A stretch of 64,000 nucleotides of DNA from Paraspadella gotoi (lineage: Eukaryota; Animalia; Chaetognatha), in the NCBI GenBank assembly GCA_051294375.1, contig CM119266.1:17044087-17108086 (forward strand), in the 5' to 3' direction. Of the stretch, positions 62,764 through 64,000 are shown piece by piece; positions within the stretch are counted from its first letter, which is position 1; every line of letters starts with the position of its first letter. The notes below the pieces were generated by a model that saw nothing but the letters and a program-made list of their open reading frames with translations, was not told the DNA's origin and searched no databases. The translations under genes were made by a program, and so were the position numbers.

Positions 62764-64000
62764 TATTTTTATTTAAAAAATAACCTTTTCAACAATTATG
62801 TCAATATGTGATATACTTTTTTCTAGATAGTATGTATCCTATTATCCCTTTCCATATTATTAATATATTTCTAACCATAGATAGATACATACCTTCATTG
62901 GTTACCTGTTCTTTTGTTCTTTTTCTTATATTCGTTTTTCTTCCTCATTCTATTTTTTTCATTTGCTCGCTTTTCGTTTTTCTGTTAATTATATTCGTTC
63001 ATTTTTTATTCATTTAATTTTAGTTGCGCCGCGCGTACTCGCGTCACTTTTCAGTTGGTCTGTCTGTCAGTCCTACTTATGTTAAAAATGCTCATAACTT
63101 ACATTTAGTTGGTTGCTCATTTGTTAAAACAAGAATAAACTTCAAATAAAAGGGACTGCTAGCACCGCCTTCAGGAAATCGTAAAACTATAAAAAATAAA
63201 AGACATAATTCCGATTCAGTGCGTGTCATAAATAGACGGGCTTAGAAAGTTATTGTAGTAATGTCATATCACGTCATGTCATGTCCCGAGAAATACACGT
63301 GATAAGGCAGTCACTGCGATGTAACACAATAGAATTATCATTTTTGTTTTTTGTACTTTCCAGTTATTCGTTCATTTTCATCACTTGTTCATTTTTTTTT
63401 TAAATCGTTCCTTCATTTGAAAGAGAGACACAGTGATACACACAGACACATAAAATGACATTTTATATATGTACAATATTCATTTTTAAAATGTTTCTCG
63501 AATTTCGATTCTAGACATATTTATAATTTTTATTACGCTATACCAAACTAAATAGCCAAATAGGGGCAATGGTTGAATTCCTTACACAAATGACTGATAG
63601 AATCATCGTTATTATTTCTTTCTTTAAAGAGAAATTAGAAATTTTTCACGCTCAAATTATTTTCTTAATCATTAATGAAATTCATACGTCGTTTTTGCTA
63701 CATAACAATTAGGAATGATACGTGGTAACCATTTGAAACAAAATTTAAATTTAGATCAACATCAAGCCGATTGTAATTAAGACAAGTCACCAAATACAAA
63801 TACCAAAGCTTTTATTTGACAAAATGACTCAATTAAATTCAATATAATTAAAATTGATAAAACATAATCTATCATGCTAAATTCAGGCTCAAAACGATAA
63901 CGAAATAATTGGATCTTCAAAACGGTTTTTCCTTGCCACCAGATTATTGACCTTATATCCATTTTGTAATCGGTTTGGATCGCTACAGCACTAGTTCGAC

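Noticed and set aside
63777-64000. Possible last exon of a neighbouring minus-strand gene
   Set aside because: Open frame to the window edge but no recognisable motif; insufficient support.

Overview
AT-rich eukaryotic (probably invertebrate animal) genomic window with spliceosomal introns. It holds three protein-coding genes that I assembled by hand from GT-AG exons: the 3' part of a sphingosine kinase (+, to 1416), a divergent NADPH-cytochrome P450 reductase-like diflavin reductase (+, ~4651-23068) and a nardilysin/insulysin-family M16A metallopeptidase (-, 35861-~59923). Introns and intergenic DNA are packed with repeats: Helentron-type elements, MITEs, TTAGGG-like repeats, 18/19-bp satellites and Penelope-type pseudo-LTRs with hammerhead ribozymes. 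The main observation is about 14 circularly permuted (type-P5) twister-ribozyme-like motifs in several unrelated repeat families. Their pseudoknot pairs co-vary, and P1 is minimal and often palindromic. The clearest case is a complete 741-bp non-coding LTR element (TRIM-like; 4-bp TSD, PBS) with one twister in each LTR, i.e. a twister-based analogue of hammerhead retrozymes. All calls were made by eye; nothing was computed or searched.
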